DNA of 63,049 bases, from the NCBI GenBank assembly GCA_032718475.1, contig JAUCBJ010006300.1, forward strand, positions 1-63,049. The letters are read 5' to 3'. Both the position numbers and the translations under genes were made by a program. The notes beneath the pieces were generated by a model, which ran no database searches, was not told where the DNA came from, and saw only the letters and a program-made list of their open reading frames with translations. This DNA is from Nemertoderma westbladi (taxonomy: Eukaryota > Animalia > Xenacoelomorpha). Shown here piece after piece: positions 35,201-49,800 of this stretch; position 1 is the stretch's first letter; every line of letters begins with the position of its first letter.

Positions 35201-38200
35201 TTATTGCAGTAAGCAATAAAGTTGAAAGTACCGGTCAACCGGTAAACCTGAACCGGTACTTCTGTAGGTCAGTAGGCCCAACTGCCAGAACCGGTACTTC
35301 TGTAGGTCTGTAGGCCCAACTGTCCTAACCGGTACTTCCAGTATAAGTACATTAGTATTATTTCGATTGTGATCTATAGTATATTGTAGGCTGCCAGGGG
35401 AATAGGGATTGATCACCCCTCATTCCTTTGTATAGTTTACTTATTTCTGTCAGTTTTATTTCCTAGTAAGTTAATATTGAGCTGAAGACGTGTAAGTCTG
35501 CTCAGATTGTTCAGATAATTGTAGGCCGGACTGTTGTCGGATTGTTGTTGAGTTTGGAGAGATTACGGCGTGTGTGGAGTTTGTCCGATAGAGTGCCAGT
35601 TAGTAAGTTGGGGCAGCCATTGCTGTAAGGTCAATCCCCTCTTAAAGAATAAGTCGTACTACCGTGTTAGAACGCATACTAACTAACAATTTTGGAATCT
35701 GCACATACTGTAGTTTATTTAGGCTTGACAGTATTCTGCCAGCGTTTTGGCTTGTGTTTGTTTGTGTAGTCTGTTCAGATACCGTAATAGTTATTACTCA
35801 GATATTTGTAGGCTGGATTGTTGTCTAGCTATTATTAGGTCTGAAGAGATTGCTGCTTGTGTAGAGTTTGTCTGATAAAGTGCCAGTTAGTAAGTTGGGG
35901 CAGTCATAACTGTAAGGTCAATCCCCTCTTAAAGAATAAGTCGTACTACCGTGTTAGAACGCATACTAACTAACCGTTTTGGAATCTGCACATACAGTAG
36001 TTTATTTAGGCTTGGTGGTAGTCTGCCAGCATTTGGTCTGTATTTTGTTTGAGTATTCTGTACGGGTAGCGTAATATTTATTATTCAGAGTTTATGCGAT
36101 TATTCGCAACATTCATGTCCCCAAGTTTATTCCTACAGTAATTGTGTTTGTTACACATACCGTTATAGTTAAATTAACCCCGGTACTACACGGGCTGCTA
36201 GGCGTAGGTAAAGACTGGTGACTTTGTGCTCCAGTCACTCCAGCAGATGCCGTGGTTCTTTTAACTGTTCAAGTATATTTAACTACTGATTATTTGTTGT
36301 ACCAGTACTTGTACCTAATTTAGGGTTTAGTGTACAGTGCTTTCCGAGGTAATTAGTGTGTAGGCAGTATATTTGTGTTGTAAAGTGGTTAATAGGCACG
36401 CTGGATCTGGTAGTCCGCGGTAATTAACTTCTAGGTAGGAACACTCCGTAATACATAACGTAGTACCTATAGCGATACGGTTATAGGTCGTCAGGCGGTG
36501 GTATTTTCCTATCTGGACAGTGCAATATATTTACTACTACTTATTATTTCAAATACCGTAGTACCCTGTCAGTTGTAATAACCAGAAATCTAACCCTTTG
36601 TTAGACTGGTTTGTAGACTTCCTGTAAAATTACCCTAAAAATTCGTACGTAATATTTTTGTTGTGTTTAATTAGAGATTTAATCTCACCCGTATCGTAAG
36701 TAATTTGTAGTATTAAGTAACTTAGGTAAATTAGAATTATCTGTTTTAGTGTCCCATAAATAGCACTTCACTGAGAGCGCACAGCTTCTGTGTAGTGAAC
36801 CCCCCAGAAATAATAACATTTATTTCAAATATTGACAAAAACCCATTTAAACGGGTATATATCTATTATAAATCAACTCAAACGATTTATAAATAGTAGG
36901 CCTGCCATACAACAACTAGGTCTCAAAATCAGTTGGACTACTGCTTAAATAGCGGTAACAAAGTAAGTTAAAGTAACCAAGTAACCCTAAAATATTCAGA
37001 AAATCAATTATTCTAAAATAATTGACATACCGGTATTTACCATAGGCTTATTATATTTATTCTATAAATTCGAGCTGAAATCATACCGGTATTCTGTAAT
37101 AATTCTAGTTCATAATTATACTTATATATACTATAAGTGTAAGCTGTATACCGGTATTCACGATAGGCCTATTATATATTTATATATATTTGTGCTAAAT
37201 TTATATACCGGTACTCTGTGACAAACCTAGTTTACAATACTTATATATATATTATAAGCGCATACCGGTATTCTAATACTGTAATAAATTACCGGTACTA
37301 GGCCAACGGTCATACTGAATTACTAGACTTGCTTTAACTGTAACTATAGCAGTAGGCATTCAACTGTATAGCTAAACATGTCTGACACTCAGCAAACTCT
37401 GTCAGACAGCCTAATCGATACAACCATCTGTGACACAGATAGGAGTGTTGAGCGATTAAGAAAGGAGTTCAGCTCACCTCCTACTGAAAGAAAAGTCATC
37501 CCTCCAGTAGTGATATCGGACCCTAAACTAATCCAACACCGTAGGTCCATCATCGGCACTCGGGCTCAAGTCAAACGGAACCAGGAAGCAGCTGTCCCAC
37601 AGCAGCAACAGCCTAGTCAAGAAACTGGTTCCCAGCGATCCGATAGCTCCAGTAGTTCGGATACTGTCGAACTGACCCCCGAACGTGGATTGCAGATGAC
37701 GACTAAAGCCTACTCGGACCCCCTTCTCACCCTTCCTGCCGCAGTGTTAACAACTATATTGATTGCGGTGGAGGAACATCAAGCAGATTGGGCGAGAAAT
37801 AAGCGAGCGACCCAAGATGATTATGCGGGATACGCCAGGGAAGAATTGATGTCTATTGTCGAGTCACAATGGAACTTTCCCGGACCCGGACTCCCGTTGG
37901 ATCTGTCCGAGGCTACTTGGGAAGATATACACAGGATGGGAGTGGCTAAAGATACGATGGATCCGGCTGTTTGGAAGAGGTCGGCAGCAGGATATGTGCA
38001 GGGATTCTTCGGCTCCTTAGAGAGATTGGAAGAACAACTGTTTCGACAACCCCAAGGACCTCAAGAGCAGGAAGAACTGCTATATCAAGTACGCGAAAGA
38101 ACCCTACGCATTCGACTAATCCTATCAGCTTTTGAGGAAACTTCCAAAAGAAGACAGGACACGTCACTGCAGGTTGCTGTCAAAACTTGGTTCCAGCGGA

Positions 38201-41200
38201 TAGGTCTCCAAATCCAAGAAACAGACCATTGGAAATCCCAGCTGTCTGAGAGACTAACTCATGAAGAACCAACCGATGCCACCCTTTCTCAAGTGGAAGG
38301 CGAAGAAACCTCAGAGAAACCACGTACGAGAGACGCCATCGACATTTATCTGTCCGACTATCAGCGATTCCTAGGAGACGAAGAGTTGAGGAGACGGCTG
38401 TCTGGACTTTCCCCCAATAGTGAAGGAACCCAGCGTGTGTTAGATTCAATCGATGCTGAAATGTTAGCTGCTAACCAAGCTGAGTTTGATGAGAAACTCC
38501 GACTCACTAGAGTCCAAGAAGAACTAGTAAAGAAAAAACGGATAGAGGACCGAAAGGCAGCTGCAGTAACAGCGGCAATGGCCGAAGTGGAAGCAGAAAG
38601 AAAGGCAGCTGCAGTAACAGCGGCGGCAGAAGCAGAAGCAGAAAGAAAGGCAGCGGCGGCAGAAGCCGAAGCAGAAAGAAAAGCGACTGCAGTAACAGCG
38701 GCGGCAGAAGCAGAAGCAGAAAGAAAGGCAGCGGCGGCAGAAGCCGAAGCAGAAAGAAAAGCAACTGTGGCAGTAGCAAAGGCAGTGGCAGAAGCAGAAT
38801 GGAGAGCCTTTGAGGAGACTGCCCAACTGGAGTTGGAAAATCTGCAAGAGACGCAAGACAACATAAATAAACAGTTAACTGCTAGTCACATGCAAATGAT
38901 GAGAAAATCTACTCCCAAACGCCAGGGATACACATCGTCGGAAGAAAGTGAAACCACCGATCCTGAAGGCGGAGGAAATAGATCTCGTCTAAGCAGGCGT
39001 AGAAAAACATCTCATCGTCACAAATTGCCTGATTTGCCCCCAGCTGTTAGAAGACAACTAGCTAGCACAGACTTAGCGAGTACGGAACCCACATACCAAA
39101 CTATTCAGGTCAAAAGACTCCCTACAATAGTTGATGAGCCTGAAATAATTAGGCCTGTCGTTCCCAAAGTCACTTCTGTGTTAGAGACCCCTGTACTTCC
39201 AGAGCTTAACTCTAAATTCCCCTTACACAGTACTACACTGCCTGTACCCGGTAGAACAGTCCATGAGAATATCCCTGTCCTGGAAGCTGAGAGAGAAATC
39301 AAAGATTTGTCTCCCGTCGTCCCGCGTCAGCCCGCTACTATGTTGGCGACTCCCGCTTCGGCGGTTGAGTGGGTAGAGGAGGGACGGCGGGGGATGAATC
39401 TCCTGCTCGGACAGATGCAGGAGACTGTACACCAGCTTAAGGGAACAGTAAGGGAAAGTAGGGCCGAATTGCAAGAAGTGCAGCAAAGTATCGCGCTAGA
39501 ACGCGACAAATTAGTCAATATACAAAAGGGAATACCAATACCCCCTGTAACATTGTGTCAACCTGTTAGGTCTGAAGTCTTACATGCGCAAGGTGTGGAG
39601 CCTACACGCATCTATACTGCTAGTGAAGTAGAAACCCCTATAGCAAATCCTATTAAGGGTGATTTTAGACCTGTTATTAATGATATTCCCTATAGACCTG
39701 ATACTGATCCGAGAAATTTATATACCGATAATTCGATATTAAATAACACGATGGCCCAAGAAAGCTTTACGCGGCAGATGGCTAGAACAGAACCCCCCAA
39801 GCGGTCAAAGTGGGAGAGATCGTCAAATTCAATGGAGATGAGATGAAATGGTTACCTTTCAACGAATATTACAAAGACAGCATACAGAACTCTGTGCTAT
39901 CTAACGGAGAGAAACTTAGGTTCCTCATCAAGTGCTTGGAAGGACCTCCCAAGTTAATGGCGTTAAAGTTTATTGGACATCCAGATGGATTAAGACAAGT
40001 TTGGGATACATTAAACATCAGGTATGGTAATAGGACTAACATAGCTAGGTATTTATATGCGAAATTAATGGCGCCCCGAAAGTTTCTTAGCAGCGGGATT
40101 ATAGAATTTTCCGATGAAATTCAGGAGATCTGTAGACAGCTAGATTGGTTAGGTAAGTCTCATGAATACCAGAACTCTATGGTTGTAGGAGCCTTAGCAT
40201 CTACTTTACCAAAGGGTGGAGTAGGTACACGCTGGGACAAGAAAGTGTTATATATGATGGAACAACAACAACGAGACCCTACCATGGCTGATCTCATGTC
40301 CTTCTTAGATAGTGAAGTAAAATTACAACTCATAAAGCAGTCCAGAGAGAAAACATCGGAAAATAAGGTAAGTGAGAAACCCGTTTCTAGGAGAAGGGTA
40401 ACACCAGTGTGTTATACTGACGACGGCGAAAGCCAAGTCTCTCAGGAAGAGGACAGCGGGAAAGACACAGCAAAATCCTACTATGACAACAAGACCTATA
40501 AAGACGTAAGTAAATATAAGTCTCGAACCAGTGACCGGAGAGAACAGGTAACAACAACTCCTCCTACGTCTCCTAAGAGAATTCACGGAAGAAAGCCCGA
40601 AGAAAGAACGAGAGTGCATAACGTTGCCCAAGGTAAAGTGAGTAACATCAAACCAAAATGTGCGCTGTGCGACGGGCCCCACCGTTTGAGTGCGTGTGCT
40701 GAATTTCTAAAGAAATCCCCTGTAGACAGACGTACAGTCCTGTGGAATAAGCGGTTATGCTATAATTGCCTCAGATCAGGACACCAACGGCGAACCTGTT
40801 ACTCCGACGTAAAGTGTGCAAAGTGTGGCGCGAAACATCACATCTTGTTACACAGTGAGTTCGAACGAGACAACCCGAGTCAGGTAAGTGAGCCCGAACT
40901 ACATGTCCAATTCAGTGATGTAAATGACACTGATCAAGAGTCTGAGATGGAAGGATTCTATACTGACGAATTCTCCGACGCCAACGAATCCTGTTACCTA
41001 ATAAATACCTCAGTGTATCGAGCACTTACTTACGAAAAGGACACCGACAATGAGTTCCCCCCAACTACTTTTGCCAGACAACCATCTTGGAAAGCTCCAA
41101 CTTCCAACGTAGGAATCAGAGAATTTCCTGTAGTGCAGGTAAGAGTTCACGGTCCCGACAAAAGTTACATAGTGAACGCCCTCCTTGACTCCGGCAGCAC

Positions 41201-44200
41201 AGGAACATTCATCGATCAAGAACTAGCCGAAGATATCTTTGCTGGACAACCCAAATTCCGGACTAAATTAAATATGTCAGGAATTATGCAGGTTTGGAAA
41301 TCTACCCTAACGGCAGACTACTATGTAGGTGCGTTGTCCACCCCCCAGGATAAATTAGGAGCACAAAGTATAAGGTCAGTAAAAATGGTGGCTATAAAGA
41401 ACTTCGCTACTACCCAAGCAGACCTTTATAATTGGGACGAGGATGAGAGCATCCAACATCTTAAGATACCTCGATTCCAGACAGATTATCCTGGAGTGCA
41501 AATACTCATCGGCCAAAACGCGCATGAGGCGCTCGAGACATTGGAGAAACGGCCTGCCCAACCGCAGCCACTACAAACCTATGCGGTAAGAACTAGAGTA
41601 GGTTGGTACTTCACTGGCCCTTCCCGTAGAACTCTCAAAGAGAGATTACCTCAACAACAGGTATACCAAGTAAAGGAATGGGAAGTGGAGAGCAGTGATG
41701 TGGACGATCCAACTGAGGGAACACCATACTCCTCAGATAATGACGATATTAACTCCAATGTAGATCAATGGAGACATTGCCTTGGGACGATTAATCCAGC
41801 CGACATCGCTTCCAGAGGAGCAACTCCTCAAGAACTGATAGATACTCCAGGCTGGTTAGGTGGATCCGACTTCTTAAGTAAAGAAGAAGAAGAATGGCCT
41901 CCTTATCTTACCCCGGCGGAGATTAGACAGGCCAAGGGAGCGGAGAAAGTAACACAACAACTCAATCGCCCAGCTAGTCGTTTATGTTTACGGGAAAGAG
42001 ACCAAAAACTGTCCGGAAACTATGGAAGGCAAGATACTCTTCCTACGACCACTTCCCTAATCCGACAAATATCTAGGGACTCCATAACGTAATAACATAT
42101 GGAGTGGGCGTGTGACTGTATCATTTTATATTTGTTTTTATTTATATTTATGTATGTATTATTATGTAATTTTATTATAATCGTTTTCTTTAATTTTATT
42201 TAGTAGAATGTTATTTTAGTGATTATTTAGTAGATTAGTGCAATATATTAGTGTTTATTACGTACGTAAGTACTTATAATATATTTAGTGTGACGGCGAG
42301 AAATAATTATTTTTTCTCTTTCCTTACTGTCCGTATCATATTATAAATACGTGACTACAGTAAGATGAAATGTCCGTACTTATTAAAGTACAATAAAGCT
42401 CCTACTATACTTAAGTATTATTGGTAGGCAGAGTATTAGGAATGCAAAGTTCAGATCCTCGTGTCTCGGCTAAACCAAGCTCTGGGTAGACCTTGGAAAC
42501 GACTTGCCTCTTCACACTGACATTGCTTCGTGCGATATTGCTCTCATACCGTATATTAAATAATACATATAGTAGCGTGATGTCCCTTTAACAGTAGCGT
42601 ATAACGCAAAATAAATCTGTTAAACCCTTTGACCATCTGTCATTCTAGTCGATTAAGATATCGCGGCACCCACCGATATACTTGAAAGACCAATTCTAGA
42701 ATCAGTGGTTAACGTCCCCAGACAAGCTCTGGAATAAATCGGTGCCCATCTTAAATATTAATTTAATATTTCTTAAAATCTGTAAAATTCAGATCCGTTA
42801 ACAATTCTAGTCGATTAAGATATCGTAGCACTTACCGATACTCTTAAAAGACAAATTTCATAGAATTAAGGATCCTATGTCCCCAGACCTGCTCTGGAAT
42901 CAAATTGTGTCAATTTTAACATCAAATAATAAAATTCACGGGAATAAATTTAAATTCATATTTTAAATGAATTTCATAAATTGTCATTTTGTACAATTTA
43001 TAACATTCCCAAAATTCCATTAATTAATAGATCATGGGAGCGGAGATTCATCCTATTGAGTGTATTAGAGTGCGAGAATCTCCAACATATAGTCAATAGC
43101 CGATAAAATTAATAAAATCATGCATAAAGAGGATATTGACAATTAAAGAATTATTATTAAATAGCATCCCAGATCTGTATGCATGAGAATTACCCTAATT
43201 CTACCGCTAGCATTCCATAATGTCACCATAGCAACACCCACGCTAGAATTAGAAGCAAGTTAAAAGAACAATAGAAAGCTTGTCCCATTGCCTAGCATAG
43301 AGAACATAGCACACTGTTAGTATCCAAGGATACACAGTGATAACGTGACATTCTGGAAGGCATTGACTAACGGACAAATGGCCTGTGTGTGTGCAGTTGT
43401 TGACAGTTGTGTGGAATTTGTGCGTTTATAAGTGAATGTTACTGCTAAAGTATGTTTACAGTAGCTAGTCGCAATTGTAAAAATAGCCCAACTCTCCTAT
43501 AGATAGAACCTAAGTGGATCCAAGCCTTTGGGACGGACAGTGGTGTGACTTGTGCCGGTTATCGTTGTCGTGCTGTTGCTACATGTTGGCGTAAACACCG
43601 CGACGACGGTACATCGGCGCTGAGGATCCCACTGTCCGGGGGCAAAGAGAGGTAGGCAGCGACGTCCGCTCGCCTAAACATAAACTCATTTCGATATTAA
43701 CAAACTCAGATAGCAGATATGACGGAGTTGATAGAAGATGATCTTGGTATCAAGGAGCGATATACTCTACCTTTGCAAGCATTTGTGGATAGCTTAATAC
43801 GCGGTGAAGCCGATCCAACCATTACGGAGGACGATGGTCGTTATATCGAACCGCCGATGTCCCAAGAGCAACTTGCGCGTGAATTGGACTATCGAAAATT
43901 CACCACTCGCTATACGAATCGTAATGGTACGTATCTGGACTTCCTAACGACCGGCCATCCTATCGACTTACATGATACGGACGATGTAGATACAGAAAGG
44001 GAAATGGTTCTATTTAAATATCATACCCAGCGGAGTCGTAACGATAAACCGAGAATAGATCACGAAAATTCTATTCGTAATAGACTAGAAAGAGAAAACG
44101 TTGAAGAACCGGATAAACGCATCGACTTCAACGAATACTTAGAGTTTTTGAGAGAAACCTATCTCAACGTCGCTAGTCAGCAGAACTTAGAGACTCGATA

Positions 44201-46810
44201 TCCTCAAGGTATCCATCACGACCCTGTAGTAGAACTCAAACGGCTCTATTTCACTATGATTTATTTTTATTTTATTTATTTTATTTATTTCTGAACAATT
44301 TACTACATTTCTACATACAATGTAGAATGTAGACGGTGGTTGGACGGGTAGGCCCATTACACCAGCCACCGTTAGCATTCAACAATTGTAGCTGCACTAA
44401 GAAACGCATTACAAAAACAAATAACCGACAAATCTACTGTACGATCGAGTATCATAGTATTCAAGCGTAAGTAATTGCAACTATAAAACAACCAACCTAC
44501 TGTAGTTATGATTATACTGCATTATACTGCAATAATTATATAAGTGCACTTTTAATTATAGAGGAATAATTCTAAACAATACATATCTAATTAGTTGGTG
44601 TGGAAACGAAAATAGAAAACTGATGATGTATCTTACCGCCTTCAAAAGCGCGTACAGGTACCGTTTTCAGTTTAATACTAAGGTTGAAAATGTCAGCCAG
44701 GATACTTCATAGTGGATCAGGGTCAAGGTTGAGCAAATGTTCCACTGTGAGTTATGACAAAGCGCCAGATTTTCCCTTAGCAAGTGAAGCAACTGACTGC
44801 TTCACAGTGGGAGAGGAGATGCACGGTAGTGGAGCCTAGCACATGAATTGATAAGATCCTCGTATAGGTCAAGGTTATCCTTTTCAGTAAACTTGCTTCT
44901 ATTTCCACCGAATTTGGATTCATAATGTGATCGAAGGGTTTACTGCATTTCCCCAGGCACCTCTTGCTTACATTTAAATTCCTTCAAAATCTTTTCGGGT
45001 TAGATCGTAGTTTCTGAGACAATTAATTGACAGAGTTAGCAACGCAGTTAGCAAAGAAATTATTTAGTCTTCATGTTGAACTTTTAGAGATATACAGATT
45101 CCTCTGCGTATATATGCGTAGGTCTAGACGTAGCAAGTTTTTCTGATGTATGAATAATGTAAATATCATAGTAATTAACATAATTACTCATTAAGCAATT
45201 TACAGCTTGATTTTTTAAGTTTCCTAATAAACCCCCACCCCCCTTGTGAAATTGTTTAAATGTTTGAACAAAAACATTGAGAATGATTCAGTTAATTCAA
45301 TTAATATTCTTCCCTAATTAAAAATATTAAATACATGTACTACCATCCACAACAGCCTGGTACTGTTCATGTCGTTTTTCAGTGGAGAAGGGTGCAGGTT
45401 AGGCCCTATATAGTGACGGGCCGGTATTATTCTAACCAAAACAATAAACGAGACTCAATAGCACATGTTACAGATTAATTTTATACTAATAATCATAGCT
45501 GTTGTAACTAAGGATCTATTGTCGCAGGACATTATGTCACGGAACCTAACGACTACAGGACCTATGACGCATTACCTGACATAAATTATAGACATAATTA
45601 GCTATGGTCATAATAATGTCCTGCGTTGTTTTGATGTCGGTAGAGTATCACACCCCCCCCCCCCCCCAATATAATTTTTTGGCTTCGTCACGATACCCAT
45701 TGGTTGATGTACCATTTTACAGCAGGGAGTCTTTGGACGCAATATAAATTCATCCCTTCCCTCTCCAGGGGAAAATCGACGCAAATAACTGCTGATTACT
45801 ACAAAAAAAACTATAACCTGTTATATTGAATATAGTTAGTTTATTGTTTTGATTATAATAGTATGCGACTGTAAATTGCTCATTTCCCTTAATTGATAAT
45901 TTAACATTGAGGTGAGATATTAATTCGTCGAGTAAGAAATTGCATCAAATCCCCCCCCCCCCCCCCCCCCCATGTCTCATGGACACATATCTGTTTATGT
46001 CTACTATAATAATACACTGGAATTATCAATCACCAAACCTCCGGCTCTGGCTCCGGCCGGAGCTCATATTGTAATCCGGAGGAACCTCCGGGCTCCGGCT
46101 CCGGATGAAATTTTAGCTCTGTCGCATCCCTAGCGTTTACACCCATAAATGTCTGTCTACGAATTGTGGGTCGAGTTAGAACTGCGAGCCATCAGCGAAC
46201 TGATATAATTATACTATGGCCGTTTTCCAGAAGTCTGTCATATGTGTGTGTGTCGGGAACCAATATATAACTAGCCAAAGTTCATAATTGTTCGCTAAGG
46301 TAGCTTGTAGCTTCTGCATGACATAAAGTACGTCTAGACTTACCTGAGTTTAATTAATTGCGATTATCTTTACAGGCAAGTTTCTCGATGTCAGTAACTC
46401 GAGACCGCTCCCTTTCCGTTCTTTCCAACATGCCACTCGTATCCTCCACTCCCCTCCCCACTCCCACCCCCACTCCACAAAATTACCTCGACACATTCCA
46501 GCCCACAGTCCCGATGAGTACCTACCTAGTCGCTCTACTAATATCCGACTTCCAACAAACTTCCGTTTTAACAACGTCCAAACTAACAGATAAACACATA
46601 GCGGTATCGGTGTGGGCCTCGGCTGGTGATACCCGGCAGACGATATACGCCCGGGATATCGCAGCTGAAATCCTCACTTATTACGAGAAATACTTCAACG
46701 TTGTATATCCGCTGCCCAAACAGGATATGGCAGCTGTGCCGAACTTTGAAGCCGGTTAGTCGATGTTTAAATGTTTGACATACGTCACCGTTACGAACGA
46801 GATGGGATTG

Positions 46811-46841
<31 letters not shown>

Positions 46842-49800
46842 GTCTACAAACATGTCTCCGTCGAAATTTGTGAACAATAATTATTAATACTGTATAGGAC
46901 TTGGTTTAAATAAAACACTAAACAAAAGTAGAAAAGCTGTTGTTTGTTAAAGTGAAAAAGGCTGTAAAATATACAGATTTTTTTCAATGCGAACTTTAAA
47001 ATTTTCAATAAAATAAAATTAAATTAAATAAAATTTCATCCCACCGGATAAAAATAATAAAATTGTTCCAAAATTCCGGTATTTCATTTTATTTATCTTT
47101 ATCATTATGTAGGTGCGATGGAGAATTGGGGACTAATTCTATACCGAAACACAGAAATTCTATGGGATAGAAATAAAACCGGTTTATTGCGGAAGGCCAG
47201 GATTACTCAAGTAATTGCCCACGAATTGGCGCATCAGTGGTAAGTTCGATAGTAAGTGATGGATGTACAATTTATAAATTTACTTAATTTAGGTACCCAA
47301 ACAATACTCCAAAATCGATTCTAGAACATATAATATTTTCTTAGATTTAACAGATTTATTCTTAGTGAATATTTTGTACTGAAATATCTAAAACCGGGAG
47401 GTACTTGACGCAAATCCCATCTCGGCGAATTAATGTCTTGCCTCATTGATAAATTATCAATTAAAGGAAAGGAGCAGGTTGCAGTATTATGTTGTTCTAA
47501 CCAAAACAATAAACGGAAGTTACAGTTTGTTTCTGGGTGTAATCAGCGATATTTTCGTCAAAGGAATTTTGATTGAATCGAAAGTCCCATTTTGCCCTAG
47601 ACACTTCCGATCTAGAACACTACTAGAGATAATATTATTTAAGGGGACCGACAAGAAAATACAGAATCCTGTCACTAAAATTATAAGATAATTTAATGTA
47701 AAAATCAATATTTAACCAAAATAAAAATAAAAAAAAATTGGATATTCGAAATTTGATTAATGGTTGATTGATTGAATTCGATTGATACTATATTCGAAAT
47801 TTGATACCGATATCGAGCAAAACTTTAATAAATAATATAAACTTGACAAATTTTGTTGATTCTTGACATGTCATGTCATTGTACCAAAGTATGGAAACGT
47901 GCCAGTAGAGTAGTCTGTAGCCTGTAGTCTGTATCAATAAATTGTATTAAACAAAACAAAGTATAATTCATTAATTGTATCACTTTATTAGGTTCGGTAA
48001 CCTGGTTACCATGGCATGGTGGTCTGATCTTTGGCTCAATGAAGGCTTCGCTACCTTTATGGAATACATTGGTGTCCCACAAGTCTGGCCGGGTGTGGAC
48101 TGGTGGGAAGTCTTCTACATCAAAGTAAGTGGCCGGTCGGGTGTGGACTGGTGGGAAGTCTTCTACATCAAAGTAAGTGTCTGGCCGGTCGGGTGTGGAC
48201 TGGTGGGAAGTCTTCCACATCAAAGTAAGTGTCTGGCCGGTCGGGTGTGGACTGGTGGGAAGTCTTCCACATCAAAGTAAGTGTCTGGCCGGTCGGGTGT
48301 GGACTGGTGGGAAGTCTTCTACATCAAAGTAAGTGTCTGGCCGGACTGGTGGGAAGTCTTCTACATCAAAGTAAGTGGCCGGTCGGGTGTGGACTGGTGG
48401 GAAGTCTTCTACATCAAAGTAAGTGTCTGGCCGGTCGGGTGTGGACTGGTGGGAAGTCTTCTACATCAAAGTAAGTGGCCGGTCGGGTGTGGACTTGTGG
48501 GAAGTCTTCTACATCAAAGTAAGTGTCTGGCCGGACTGGTGGGAAGTCTTCTACATCAAAGTAAGTGGCCGGTCGGGTGTGGACTGGTGGGAAGTCTTCT
48601 ACATCAAAGTAAGTGTCTGGCCGGACTGGTGGGAAGTCTTCTACATCAAAGTAAGTGGCCGGTCGGGTGTGGACTGGTGGGAAGTCTTCTACATCAAAGT
48701 AAGTGTCTGACCGGTCGGGTGTTGACTGGTGGGAAGTCTTCTACATCAAAGTAAGTGTCTGGCCGGACTGGTGGGAAGTCTTCTACATCAAAGTAAGTGG
48801 CCGGTCGGGTGTGGACTGGTGGGAAGTCTTCTACATCAAAGTAAGTGTCTGACCGGTCGGGTGTTGACTGGTGGGAAGTCTTCTACATCAAAGTAAGTGT
48901 CTGGCCGGACTGGTGGGAAGTCTTCTACATCAAAGTAAGTGTCTGGCCGGTCGGGTGTGGACTGGTGGGAAGTCTTCCACATCAAAGTAAGTGTCTGGCC
49001 GGTCGGGTGTGGACTGGTGGGAAGTCTTCCACATCAAAGTAAGTGTCTGGCCGGCCGGGTGTGGACTTGTGGGAAGTCTTCCACATCAAAGTAAGTGTCT
49101 GGCCGGTCGGGTGTGGACTGGTGGGAAGTCTTCCACATCAAAGTAAGTGTCTGGCCGGTCGGGTGTGGACTGGTGGGAAGTCTTCTACATCAAAGTAAGT
49201 GTCTGGCCGGACTGGTGGGAAGTCTTCTACATCAAAGTAAGTGGCCGGTCGGGTGTGGACTGGTGGGAAGTCTTCCACATCAAAGTAAGTGTCTGACCGG
49301 TCGGGTGTGGACTGGTGGGAAGTCTTCTACATCAAAGTAAGTGTCTGGCCGGCCGGGTGTGGACTTGTGGGAAGTCTTCCACATCAAAGTAAGTGTCTGG
49401 CCGGTCGGGTGTGGACTGGTGGGAAGTCTTCTACATCAAAGTAAGTGTCTGGCCGGTCGGGTGGGAAGTCTTCTACATCAAAGTAAGTGTCTGGCCGGTC
49501 GGGTGTGGACTGTGGGAAGTCTTCTACATCAAAGTAAGTGTCTGGCCGGTCGGGTGTGGACTGGTGGGAAGTCTTCTACATCAAAGTAAGTGTCTGGCCG
49601 GTCGGGTGGGAAGTCTTCTACATCAAAGTAAGTATCTGGCCGGTCGGGTGTGGACTGGTGGGAAGTCTTCTACATCAAAGTAAGTGTCTGGCCGGAGTGG
49701 TGGGAAGTCTTCTACATCAAAGTAAGTGTCTGGCCGGACTGGTGGGAAGTCTACTACATCAAAGTAAGTGTCTGGCCGGACTGGTGGGAAGTCTTCTACA

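Larger units (their letters stand above)
33905..44656 (+). mobile_element. BEL/Pao-related LTR retrotransposon copy C with the 3' LTR reduced to its last 17 bp
   Basis: 5' LTR at 33905-35181 and an internal region collinear with copy B. It ends CTTCAAAAGCGCGTACA at 44640-44656. TSD GGTAC at 33900-33904 and 44657-44661. Confidence 0.92.
33360..45050 (-). pseudogene. Degraded LINE RT in intron 1, split by LTR copy C (pieces about 33360-33904 and 44657-45050)
   Basis: The minus strand reads ...LAKGKSG...[16 protein letters not shown]|DFF...[17 protein letters not shown]...LDIDSAF...RGLKKG across the GGTAC TSD, with stops and frameshifts. Confidence 0.75.
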
